Source of the DNA: Lytechinus pictus
Lineage: Eukaryota
DNA length: 64,000 nucleotides
Assembly (NCBI RefSeq): GCF_037042905.1
Contig: NW_026974140.1
Location: forward strand, 434,001-498,000
Direction: 5' to 3'
Position 1 is the first letter of the stretch; every line of letters starts with the position of its first letter. This document shows positions 52,318 to 64,000 of this stretch, piece by piece. Below the pieces are notes generated by a model. That model did no database searches. It saw nothing but the letters and a program-made list of their open reading frames with translations, and was not told the DNA's origin. Position numbers and translations under genes: made by a program.

Positions 52318-53069
52318 AAGAAACAACCATACATTTTATTCGCTACACATTTCCAAATTCATGCGGTATCCGTACCATAGAACTTGTTTGGGAGGCTGAC
52401 ATTTACTTGGACCACCTGCAATGAGTTATTACTTAAAACACTGAACAATAAATGCTATAATTGCATCATTTACAATAAAAAAATATGTCATATTTATACC
52501 TATTCGGATCTATTATGATGTGGAAGTAAAGAAAATAATTGTTATTACAGAATGTCTGTTACTTTTCTGTTATCCAATTTATGCAAGTGTAATCTCAAAC
52601 TTGAATATTTTAGTGGGTTATTGCAGCGCATATTGGTGCTTACATTAAAATCGTTGCGATTGCATGTGAAGCGCTGTTTTACTTGCGAACGTAACCAAGA
52701 TAAATTCTTTCATTACTCACTAATTGAAATAATTTTGGCAAGAAATTTTTGAGTTTAATCATATCAACGATAAATTATAAACCTAATATAATGATGAAAA
52801 ACAAGACAAATAATATGTAATTAGTTCATATAGCTCATTTCATCGACAAGAGTCCGTTCAAGGTCAAAAGGCACTCTCTCTCTTCATGGTTTTTTTAACC
52901 ACACCATATATTGGAAAGCTGCTCGCAAATAACGGCACCATTAACAGATAATCATAATAGTTTCTTTTAAATCTTGGATGGATTTACTAAAACCGTCATC
53001 AATATCATTTTACTTATTTTTTCCTGCTATTTTTACAATAAACTTTACGCAAGGGCAAACTTTCCCTTT

Positions 53070-54721
53070 TAGTCCAGGATAGAGGAGGCATAACCTTCTT
53101 TTTTTATATATACAATATTTTTTTATGGTTTCTTGTCAATTCGAGGGTGCTGATTACGAATCTGAATGATGCCACTCGTGTTACCTTGAGCATTTTCCGC
53201 AAATTGGCAAAATCCAATATGGCCGCCAAAATAAGCAAATTACCCATGGAAATCCTAAAATTGTCCGCACATTGGCTATGAAATGCATGAAATCGTGTGG
53301 CAGGAGTGAAATACTCTCTGAAAAAATAATTTTTGACAAAATATTTATTTTCCTGATATTCAAAAATGGCCGCCATAGGCCCTTGTATACTCTATTATGT
53401 ACAATATGAATAGGGAAAATTAATTTTCACAAAAATGAGCACTAAACTGCAGAAAATCGCGATGTATGAACGAAGTAATATATGCAAATCATCATTACTA
53501 ACGAGATATATAATTTATTATGTCATATATGGGAATATTGCTGTATTTTGATATCTAAAATAGCCGCCACTGGCCCGAATAGTATTCCGTACAATGGCAA
53601 TGGGGGCCAAACAAAATCACAAGAGTGATCACTAAAATGCATATTATTAAGATTGAACGAGTTGAATACTGACTTAAAAGATATTTTTTTACGAAATGTA
53701 TTATTAATATGCCATGTATGTGATGAATGTTGTATTTTGATAATCAAAATGGCTGCCAAAGGCCCTAAAAGTATTATGCACAATGAGAAAGAGGAGCAAA
53801 GAAATCACAAGAGTGAGCACTAAGATGCATATATATGTGATAAATTAATGGGATTCTGTCTAAAAACGTATTTTCCAACAAAATATATCATTCAGGTTTC
53901 AAGTTTGTGTTAAATACTGTATTTTGACTTTCAAAATGGCCACCATAGACATTAAAAGTATTATGTACAATGCAAAGTGGGAAACCATTTTTTGCACCAT
54001 AAATGCACGTAATAGTGATCTATGAGTAAAATATTGTCTGAAAGCATAATTTATATGAAGATATATCATTTATTCTGCCAGTAAAGTGAATAATACTGTT
54101 ATGTTATTGGAAACTCAAAATGGCCGCTACAATTCTACAAATTCTGTCAAAATCATATGTCCCATGTTACAATGTACACAATACTTTTAGGACCCATGGC
54201 AGCCATTTCGGATTTCAAAGTACAGCATTTATTACCTCCACGACCAATATGTGATGCATTTAGTTAGAAATCATGTTTAAGACAATATTTTTACTTGTAC
54301 ATCACAGTTATATGCATTTTATGATTCTCACTCTTGTAAAAATAAGTTTCCCTATTCGCATGTTACATAATTTAGTTAGGGCTTGTATTTTGAATGTCAA
54401 AATTCAGTATTTATCACCTATATGGCAGGAAAAAAAATATTTTGTAAAAAATTATTTTTTCAGAGAGGATTTCACTCCTGCCACACGATTTCATGCATTT
54501 CATAGCCAATGTGCGGACAATTTTAGGATATTCATGGGTAATTTGCATATTTTGGCGGCCATATTGGATTTTGCCAATTTGCGGAAAATGCTCAAGGTTA
54601 CACGAGTGTCATCATTCAGATTCGTAATGAGCACCCTCGAATTGACAAGAAACCATCAAAAAATATTGTATATATAAAAAAAAAGGTTTGGTAAAGTTTC
54701 GTTGGGGCCTATCCTGGACTA
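53070..54721. mobile_element. Academ-like non-autonomous element
   Basis: TAGTCCAGGATAG...CTATCCTGGACTA termini, ~300-bp TIRs and AAAATGGCCGCC subterminal repeats; flanks TTT / TTG. Confidence 0.78.
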
Positions 54722-55002
54722 TTGAATGAATTAAGTACAAAACTTGGGATCCAAAGTGTGCTTCAAATTTTAATATTAGTAGAGCGATTTTACACAAGAA
54801 GGTCAAAGTACATGTAAGTCCAGGACAAAATAACATATACGAACCAAAGGGTGGGCCTTTGGCGCAGACGATCTATCCATGATTAAAAAAATAATGTTAC
54901 TCTTTCCATTAGTCCAACATAAAATTTTAGTTGTCTTCTCACAACCTTTGCTATTTAATATACGTATATGCGGGAGCTTTTTGACAATTTATTGCATGGG
55001 GG

Positions 55003-55520
55003 TTTAAGACCAGCCATTTATACCTCTGTCATTATTACCCCTGCCATTGTTCACCTTTGCCATTTTTACCTCTGCCATTTTAATCTTTGCCATTTGTACC
55101 TTTGCCATGTTTACCTCTGCCATTTTTACCTCTGCCATTTTTACCTTTGACATGTTTACCTTTGCCATTTTTACCTCTGCCATTTTTACACCGAGCCTTC
55201 AAATCTTCATCCCAAGACCAATTTGTGTACCACGTCTCATGAGGATCGGGCGAAAACTGAGGTAGTTTGATCTGCATGACTTTTGCACACTCATTACAAT
55301 AATGACCTGTTCCCTTAGCAATGCAGTGTTTGCGACATTCCAAAAGTACAATTTGCACATTTTCACCCAAAGACCAAAGTGTGTACCAGGTTTCATGACG
55401 ATTGCGCAAAAACTGTGGAAGTAGTTAGATCTGTAAAATTAGAAACAGACTGACCAAAAGCCTGACCATACGCCAATTCCTATAAACCCCCTCAAACTAG
55501 GTTTGACTGAGGTATAATAA
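55003..55520 (+). mobile_element. Helentron/DINE-like non-autonomous repeat with 15-bp minisatellite
   Basis: (TGCCATTTTTACCTC)n at 55010-55190, two ~150-bp internal repeats, and a 3' hairpin CCTCAAACTAGGTTTGACTGAGG followed by TATAAT. Confidence 0.5.
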
Positions 55521-56539
55521 GGAGTGCCTTCAATATGAAATCATATTTGATAAAGTTGAGTTATCAGGAATGGTTCTACAATGTAATTTATCTCACTACC
55601 ATTGCATTTACCTAATTCCTTATTCATTCATTTATTAGAATATGTCTCAGCAGGGGGTGGGGGGTTAAGCATGTTCATGTATAGTTTATGCTAAATTTCA
55701 TTTGCACACAACCCTTCCCCCACCAATAAAGCATAACAACCAATAGTACTGACTTTCATGCTTGAAAAAACCCAGACCTTTAAATTATCATTAAATCAAG
55801 AGTGATATCAATAATAATCCACCCACACACTGCCACTCCTTTGAAAAGAACACTTGAAAGTAAGGTGAAACTGAGTATACAAATATTTCACATGCTACTG
55901 CAAGGCGATGAACTAACACATTATTTGTTTTCAAGAGCCGTGATACTTGCCATGAGCTCTTTGGCACGAGTTTGGATGACATCCTTTGGCAGACCAACTT
56001 CATACACATAATTTTCAGGATATGCGTATTGTCTTCATTTATGTTGCATAGTGGATGTTGAAGACGAAGTGAAGCTTGAACATCATGTCCACATTTGATG
56101 TTACAGCTCCACAGCAAGGGATAGCCTGTTCGTCAATAATGATGAAGAACTGAATTGGGAGACGGTGAATCCCTATTACAAGCAAGTATGGCACCTTTTG
56201 AAGTTTTCATCTTTGTATTGCTCTTTGGGGAAAGATTCCATGCTGGTTCCTGGCTGGAGGAAAATATGCATTAAACAGCATTTGAGCATTGGCAAGCCTT
56301 CAAGTTTTAACATTTACAGCAAATAAAAATGTTCTTATAAAATAAAGGTACATTACATGTATAAATAAGATTGTAAATTAAAAAAGTATAGATTTTAAGA
56401 CCTGTATTGGAATAGAAAGAAATCATCACTTGAATTCATTTAACAGTCTGTGGCGTAAACACAACGTACAGCAATTATACAAATGTCCTATCAAAACTCT
56501 TTCGTCAAAGCACAATATAAATTACCGTCAAAGAAATCC

Positions 56540-57072
56540 CGACCTGCATCCATTTTAAGGATCTTTAGATTTTTGATTAAATTCTATAATTTTGCTTAGA
56601 ATCACGAAACACTTGCCTGCACAACAAGGGTAATATGTAAATGAGAGAGCCAATGTCACAAACTCAAAATTCAATTTTGTATTTTAGTATATGAATTATG
56701 GAATATTTCAAATTTTGCAGATATGACAATAAGGAAGCTCTTAATTAATTCGCAATAGGTTACAGCAAAGTAAATTCCACATGTTAATGGAGGAATCAAA
56801 TAAACTTGTTTTCACGTTATGAAAAAAAAATGCCAAATATCATATTTCATAGAATTAAATACACAATAAATTATGAGTGTGTTGTCAGCAGTTTCCTCGT
56901 GTGCATACTGAGCAGTCTATATGCACATTAATGTTTTGTGAAATTGAGCAAAGCTTTCAAAATGAAATAATGTTACTCTCATACTTCAAATCTGATTGCA
57001 ATGAAATTTTCTGTTTTACACTCTGATTTTTATCTCCTTACTCAATACAACTTTCGGGGTGGTTTTTTACCA
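56540..57072. mobile_element. Highly degenerate copy of the Kolobok-like MITE
   Basis: Patchy similarity to 39828-40418 (TGACAATAAGGA, TTCCACATGTT, TTTTGTGAAATT, TGAAATTTTC). Confidence 0.5.
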
Positions 57073-57218
57073 TTGTCTAAGTTGGAAAGGCACAAAAAAT
57101 TTGGAAATGCAAGATAGTTTTATTGCTAGCGAAGTTGATATATTTTCAGAGATTTTACACGCCAATTATAAACATCAATAAACTGAAAGGTGGATTGATG
57201 ATTCTTTTTGGTTAATTT

Positions 57219-57621
57219 TGTAACGAACTCAATCATTTTTATGTGAACGTGCGTGCACGTGGAGGGAGACGGGTGCAGCGTGCGGCACGTATGTCCGTCG
57301 GCCCATTGTTAAGGGGGCAGTTGCAGTTTGTGAGGCCTGGTGTGAGGACATATGTGCCGTGCGCTCCCGAAGATCTTCAGGTGCCCGTTCGTGTGACACA
57401 CTGTTTTGCTGTATTTTTTAAGGCTAAGTTACCCAGCATTAAAGTGTTGTAACCTAAATATTGGCGTGCAGTGTAATCTATACTAGTTGCGCATTTATTT
57501 TGAGATATCTGGTGTTTAATAGCAGAATGACCACGTGAGCACGGTGAGTTAATGACACAACTGATCTAAGTCCCGTCAAGTGAGTGGATCGAGAAAGAAA
57601 GGAGGGTGCGAACCCATCACA
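57219..57621 (+). repeat. 5' LTR of Ty3/Gypsy element
   Basis: TGTAAC...ATCACA termini, ATTAAA at ~57438, immediately followed by a PBS. Confidence 0.8.
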
Positions 57622-57624
57622 ATT

Positions 57625-57642
57625 TGGTGGCAGCGTTGGGAT
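57625..57642 (+). promoter_or_regulatory. Primer binding site, tRNA-Leu type
   Basis: TGGTGGCAGCGTTGGGAT, one mismatch from the tRNA-Leu complement TGGTGGCAGCGGTGGGAT, 3 nt after the LTR end. Confidence 0.85.
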
Positions 57643-58229
57643 AGTCAGCTTTATAGGATTTGAACTGGATTTTTAATTAAGGGTTTACTCCCAGTTTCAC
57701 CGCACCTACATGTGCACCGCCAAGCTGTTTCACCTATGTCTTAAACAAACGAACCTGTGGCTTACACACCTACAGGCGATATATATCAGCACCTACAAGC
57801 CCCTTTATCAAGGCCATGGCGCCTTGAATTAGTGTGTAACACCTGCAGGTGACACACCAGCACCTATACATGCCTTTTCATCTCATCGGCGCCTTATACA
57901 ATTAGAGCAGTTTTCAGTACATACAGGCGATACACTTGACCGCACCTGCAGGCCCTTTCAATCTCACGTCGCCTTAAGCAACCATTGTTTGGCACAGACA
58001 AAGCATACACAAAACAGCATCTGCATACTCCTTTGTTATCATCTACGGGATCCTCGTGCTTTTAAGCTCTTTTGTTTTCGTGACTCCTGCAGGCGCTTTC
58101 TATTAATTGGCACCTATATTATAGGCGCAAAATCTGTTTACAATTACAAGTCTGTTTGCAATTGGATACGCCTTTATCATCTCATCTTATTCATCAATTT
58201 TCTGCCAAGTAGGCATTGTAACGCCAACA

Positions 58230-59436
58230 TAGCGGCGGGGAAACTTCAGTTGGGAGATGAATTAGAGGTGTTGGTAGCAGAGTTGCAGCGCTCACAGTTG
58301 CAAAGTAATGAGCTACGGAAAGAAAAGCATGGGCTCCGTGATAATTTGGGTCGCCTGACTAGTTCAATGGAAATAATGCCTTGTCAGACTAGGCAATATA
58401 TTGATCCATTAAGGAAAACGGAAAACTGGTCAGCAGATAGTGCTCCTCGCATCGATAGCGCTAACCTTCATTTTCACCTGTAGGCCGAACAGTATTAGAG
58501 GATAGTCAATGGGAACCACCACTCTCCTCTACTACAAATAGGAGACACCCTCGATTAGAAATGGTGTAACCTATGCAAACAAACGGTCTACTAGGGAAAC
58601 AGCGAAACCAGATGTGAGATGCTATCTCTGGACAGCAAAGTACCCATACATCTGTGCTAAAGGTCGCCAAACCCAACATAATTCCAGACAAGTTTGATGG
58701 AAAAATTCCCTGGAGGGATTATTCAAGACATTTCGAAGCTTGTTGTTTAGCCAACAATTGGGGAGAAGAAGAAGCAAAGGTTTTTCTTATCGCCAGACTC
58801 CGTGAACCTGCAATCAAGGTTATTGGCGGCCCTAGTAATGATGTGCAGAATTTGGACTTCAAGGACCTCATTGATATTCTAGAAAAGAGGTTCGGACCAG
58901 GGCATCTTGCAGAAAATTACCTACTGGATTTAGACGTCAAGGTATTCATGAAACACTGCAGGAGCTTGGGCAAGCTATACGGGACTTATCTGTACTAGCA
59001 TATCCGGAATTGCATGACGAGGCACCAGACCGCCTGGCTAGAACTCATTTCCTCGAAGCTATCGAAGATCAATCAACCAGGCAAGGTGTTTTTAGATCTC
59101 ATCCACAGTCGATGGATGAAGCAATACAAGCAGCACTGACAAGTGAGAACTTCGTTAAACTAGAAGAGCAGCGAAGTAAAGGACGGCCAAGACATGCCCT
59201 TCGGAAAGCGGAAAATGAGTCCGAACCTGCCATTCTGAATCTTCAGAATAAGGTATAGCACCAACGTGAAAAATTGCAACATGAAGAACAGGAACATGAA
59301 GAGAAGAAACGAAGGGGAAGAATCGATCCGAAAAAAAGGATGGGCAACATTCGAATGCTACAATTGTCACAAAATGGGACATATTGCAAGGCATTGTCAA
59401 CAACACAACATAACTAATTCGTCGGGAAAAGAATAG
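58230..59436 (+). pseudogene. Gypsy gag (decayed)
   Basis: PDKFDGKIPWRDY..HFEAC..ANNW capsid-like motif; zinc knuckle CYNCHKMGHIARHC at ~59356-59397; stop TAG at 59434-59436. Confidence 0.88.
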
Positions 59437-59452
59437 CAGCTGACTCTGCTGG
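59424..59452 (+). promoter_or_regulatory. Putative -1 ribosomal frameshift signal (gag-pol)
   Basis: G GGA AAA heptamer in gag phase, one codon before the gag stop, with hairpin CAGC-TGACTCT-GCTG downstream. The -1 frame is open into the protease LLVDTGA. Confidence 0.7.
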
Positions 59453-62400
59453 CCGAGAGAAAGCTTATAGGAAAGAAAGGCCTAACAACTTAGCAAATCT
59501 AGATGAAAATTCTGACAAATATTTCACTCCTCCATCTAGCATAAGAGACGGACAAAATGGTCTGTATGTAGATGTAAACATAAAAGGGATAAAAACTTCA
59601 CTTCTGGTGGACACAGGAGCGACCAACACAATGTTATCCTCCACAGTATATCACAAACTCCCAAGTGAAAAGAGACCAACGCTGAATAGCTTTGATTCAA
59701 AAGTAAGAAATGCTGACGGCAGTCCCATGGAAATTTTTGGAAGTTCCACGGTAAAGTTATGCGTTGGGAAAAGTGTTTGTAGTATCGGGGTAATAATTGC
59801 AAACATAGGGAGCATAGATGGGATACTTGGCATTGACTTTCTGCTTGCAACTAATGCAGATTTATACCTGCGAATAATGGAATTGTCCTTAAATGGGGAG
59901 AAAATAAAATTAAGGTATAATCAAGGCAGGAAACAATGCAGGAGAGTGACGGTCGAGAAAACCACAAGAGTATGCCCTGGCCAAGAGGTGTTGGTAAGGG
60001 GGCGAGTGAATGAAGCACAAGGCGTTGGAATAATAGAACCATCGGATAGTTGTGAGGTTGGGCAGAAAGGTTTTTTGGTTGCTCGTGTGTTAGCAGATGT
60101 AAATCAACTCTTTAACCCAGGTAAAAAAGATGCAGTGATTAAGGAAGGAACTATGGCAGGGTCCTTTACACCTGTAAATAAGAAAGAGATAGACAACATG
60201 CCTTCAAAGTGTACAGTAGGTACTGGTGAAGGAATTGTACCTGACCATCTTCGAAACCTGTTTGAGAGAAGTAAACTCGATGTAGACGAGAGTCATCATG
60301 AAATGATCGCCAACTTATTGACCAAGAATCAGGATGTGTTTGCCAAATCAGACACAGATATTGGACGAACCAACCTTGTAAAACACAAAATCAACACTAG
60401 AGACACACAACCTATAAGACAAAGGCCACGACGATTTCCAGCAGCAGAGCAACAAGAAATCGACAATCAAATATAATACATTTTGGAAAGAGGGGTGATT
60501 GATCCTTCTGGAAGTCCTTGGGGATCAAACGTCGTCCTTGTTAGGAAAAAAGATTGGACTAAGCGATTTTGCGTCGATTATCGGAAACTCAATCCCGTGA
60601 CAATCAAGGACGCTTACCCAATTCCCCGTATTGATGACTCCCTGGACACCCTGAATGGATCAAAATGGTTTTCCACGCTCGATCTTGCGCCAGGTTACCG
60701 GCAAGTTGAATTGGAAGAAGAGGCAAGGGAGAAGTCGGCATTTGTTGTCGGTGGAGGTCTGTACAGTTGGCGAGTAATGCCATTCGGGCTTTGCAACTCT
60801 CAGTCGACCTTCGAGAGGTTGGTGGAACGAGTCCTTGCTGGCCTTCACTGGAAAATATTGTTGGTGTATCTTGATGACATCATTGTATTCGCAATTACAA
60901 TGACCGAAGAATTGGAACGATTGGATGTAGTCTTAAGTCGACTAAGAGAAGCCGGTTTGAAACTAAAGCCACGAAAGTGTACTCTCTTGGGTATATTTTG
61001 TCATCAGATGGTGTGTCCACTGATCTGGAGAAAACGAGAGCAATAGCAGATTGGCCAAAGCTACGAATGTCAAGGAGGGATGGAGTTTTTTAGGACTTGC
61101 CTCCTATTACCGAAGATTTGTTAAATGTTTCGCCAATATTGCCCGTCCCCTGCACAAATTGACTGAAAAGTCAAGGGACTATGTATGGACCCCCGAATGT
61201 GACCTAGCGTTCCAGGAACTGAAGTCTCGTCTTCAGTCATCGCCCATTTTGTCATATCCGGATCCCGAAAAGGACTTTATCCTGGATACAGATGCAAGCA
61301 ATATGGGTATTGGTGCTGTTCTATCACAAGAAACCAATGGAGAAGAGAGGGTAGTGGCTTATTCTAGTATGACACTTTCAAAGGCAGAGAAACACTATTG
61401 CGTAACAAAAAGAGAACTTTTGGCAGTAGTTACATTTCTTAAGAAATTTCGACAGTATATCTACGGAAGGAAAGTCACCGTTAGAACTAACGTGGAGTCT
61501 TACGTTGGCTTTTGAACTTCAAAGAACCTCAAGTACAGATCGCTAGATGGTTACAAATTATAGCAGAGTACAACCTTACGATTGTGCATCGAGCGGGTCG
61601 CTCTCATACCAATGCTGACAGTCTTTCCCGGAGGCCCTGTAGTTCATGTTCCCATTGTGAACGATAAGAGCTTGATCGCCAAGGCGAAGACGGAAAAGGT
61701 GCACAACGTTAATGCTGTAACGATTGAGCCCTCGATCACTGCTACAGATATGAGTAAGATGCAATGTGAAGACGGGAGCATGAACTGGACCATGGAAGCT
61801 AAGAAGGAAGGCGGGCACCGACCAGATTTGTCGAAAGTGGAAGCCAAATCTAATGCAAAGAAGTCTCTCTGGCGAATATGGGATCAACTGGAAGTGAGGC
61901 AAAACGTTCTTTGTCGTCGTTGGGAGTCAGATAACGGAGAGGAAGTCAAATTCAAAATTGTTCTATCGCAGAAGTGTCGGAAGAAAGTTGTTCAGGAACT
62001 TCATGGGAGTACCACGAATAGGCACTTGGAAACGAACAAGACTATCGCGAAGATCTGCACGCGATATTATTGGCCCTGCATGGATCCTGACATTCGGTCT
62101 ATAGTGCGTATGTGTGATGTTTGTGCAAGCAAAAAACGACCTACCAAGACTAGACGAGCCCCGCTTCAACAAAAAAACAGTAGGCAATCCGATGGAAAGG
62201 GTCGCTTAGGATGTAGTTGGGCCCTTACCTGAAACAGAGAACGGCAACAAGTATTTGCTAGTAGTCGGAGACTACTTTAGCAAATGGATGGAGGCATACC
62301 CCATAAGAGATCAGACGGCAAAAACCATAGCGAATAAATTTGTAAATGAATTCGTTTGCAGATTCGGAGTACCAAAGGTTTTGCACTCGGATCAGGGTCG

Positions 62401-63424
62401 TAGTTTTGAGTCCCAATTTTTCTCAGGAATGTGTTCAATTCTGGGAATTGAAAAAACACAAACGACACCGTACAATCCGATTTCGGATGGATTCGTCGAA
62501 CGATTCAATGGGACACTAATTACCATGGACTCCATGATGATAGATCCGATCAAAAGACGACGGGACTGGGACTAAAAAGGTCACACGGCATTATTTGCTT
62601 ATCGTTCAGCAGTCCAAGAATCAACAGGAGAGCCCGAATATGCTAATGCTGGGACGTGAGGTTCAATTGCCCATTGATCTTACTATGGAATCTACAAGTG
62701 ACACGGAAAGTGATGATGAGCAGACACCAGACTATGCGCTCGCGGTAAGGGAACGAATGAGGTCGACCCATGAGTATGCTCGACTGAAGTTAGCTCAAGC
62801 AGAGAGTCATCAGAAGCAGATTTATGACAGGAAAACCAAGAAAGACAACCTACAAGTAGGACAATTTGTTTGGTATTTCAATCCCGCGAAGACTAAAGGG
62901 CTAAGTCCAAATTTACAGCGAAGATGGAAAGGACCCTACCTCATAACTCATGAACTGTCTGATGATATCTACAGAATCCAAAGGAAACCACGTGGAAAAT
63001 GATAGTTATTTACTGCGATCGGCTAAAACCCTACCAATGAGAGCCCCTTAAAGCGTTGATCGCTGAGCCACAGACCGATTTGGAAGAAACTACCAGAGTA
63101 ATAGACTCCGCCCTAGAAGAAGAAATCTCTGGTCAGGACAAAATGAGCACAAGTGATGAACACTTAGTAATTGACAACCCAATTCCTTCCAAAAGAATGA
63201 TAGCAGAGCGAGGTGCCACACTTTCTTCGGACACCTCAAGTAGAGTAGTAGACACCCCAGTTCCTTCCCCAAGAATGTTGATACCCACACCTGCACCGCG
63301 AACAAATAAAGGAAGTTTCAAACCCACACCAGCTCCACGAACGCAGCAAGGAAGTTTGATCCCCTCATCTGCTCCACTTACAAACCCTAGCTGTTCGAAA
63401 CCGACACCACCTCCTCGAAAATAA
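59424..63424 (+). pseudogene. Gypsy pol (protease-RT-RNase H-integrase), multiple stops and frameshifts
   Basis: VDTGA; RFCVDYRKLN, MPFGL, YLDD; FILDTDAS, KRELLA; HHCC remnant, LHSDQG, GFVERFN; RWKGPY; Pro-rich tail PTPAPR. Integrase after RNase H is the Gypsy order. Confidence 0.95.
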
Positions 63425-63596
63425 TATCCCTCAAGACAAAGGGTCACTCCGAAACGAGTTATTCTAGGAATGTAATTGCAGTAGAGGATGCGAGTGTGTG
63501 ATGCCACAGTAATAATGAATAAAGTGTTTTGGCTGTCGGGATTAACCTGCTTTATTTGTTTCTTCATTTTATTTTTATCATACATACATAATCAAG

Positions 63597-64000
63597 ATGG
63601 GATCTGAAGGAAGCTTCAAAAGCTGCACCTGCAACCGGTTCTTCAGTCATTATCGGATCCTTAAAAGACATCTAGATGATGAACATGGACATCCCCGAAG
63701 GCACTCATGTAAGGAATGTGGGAAACCTATGGGCGACTGGACAATCTACGGGTCCATGAAAGAAAGCACCAGAGAAGTCTTAGGAGAAGAAGCCCCAGGG
63801 CAAGTCGCTCTCCCCATATGAGTCCACGATCATCGAGGTACCATCTGGTGGAAAGATTGCCCAAGCGTGTCCAAAGGCGTACAAGGGAAAGAAGTAGGTC
63901 ACCAAGGAGTCATTCAAGCATAAATCACCCAGACCGTGATCAACAAAAAAGGAACCACATCGACTACAAAAGAGGGAGGGATGCAGAAAGAAAGCTAAGC
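63597..64000 (+). pseudogene. Extra 3' ORF of the Gypsy element: two C2H2 zinc fingers plus Arg/Ser-rich region (one frameshift, runs off the window)
   Basis: FKSCTCNRFFSHYRILKRHLDDEH, then HSCKECGK; restoring one base at ~63725 gives TYGRLDNLRVHERKH followed by RRRSPRASRSP...RERSRSPRS, open to 64000. Confidence 0.7.

Noticed and set aside
53104..54677. Two similar ORFs on opposite strands (…FTPATRFHAFHSQCADNF…)
   Set aside because: By-product of the terminal inverted repeats of a non-autonomous element.
54968..55409. Pentapeptide-repeat ORFs (FTSAI / LCHFY / KNGRG)
   Set aside because: Translations of a 15-bp minisatellite; no gene context.

Overview
Repeat-saturated, AT-rich animal genomic DNA. 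The repeat families resemble those of echinoderms (sea urchin-like), which is an inference. I find no host protein-coding gene, rRNA, true tRNA or CRISPR array; the window is a stack of nested mobile elements. From left to right: (1) the right end of a piggyBac-like element with an old internal duplication (1-3997); (2) a BEL/Pao gag split cleanly by an Academ-like TIR element that carries two LINE fragments (4430-9200); (3) a MITE/SINE zone with a Ginger-like element with very long TIRs (10400-24000); (4) a CR1-group LINE (LINE-A, +) with a ~4.1 kb ORF1-ORF2 spacer, joined tail-to-tail to a second LINE (LINE-B, -), with the two scrambled by near-identical duplication/deletion events (24100-42200); (5) a young 1168-bp tandem array interrupted by a 2.4-kb TIR element with an 8-bp TSD (42450-50455); (6) a Penelope-like GIY-YIG fragment with a minimal hammerhead motif; (7) more MITEs; (8) a decayed Ty3/Gypsy provirus (57219 to window end) with LTR, tRNA-Leu PBS, a -1 frameshift signal and an extra 3' ORF encoding two C2H2 zinc fingers plus an Arg/Ser-rich region. 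Superfamily calls rest on termini, TSDs and motifs read by eye, not on database searches.
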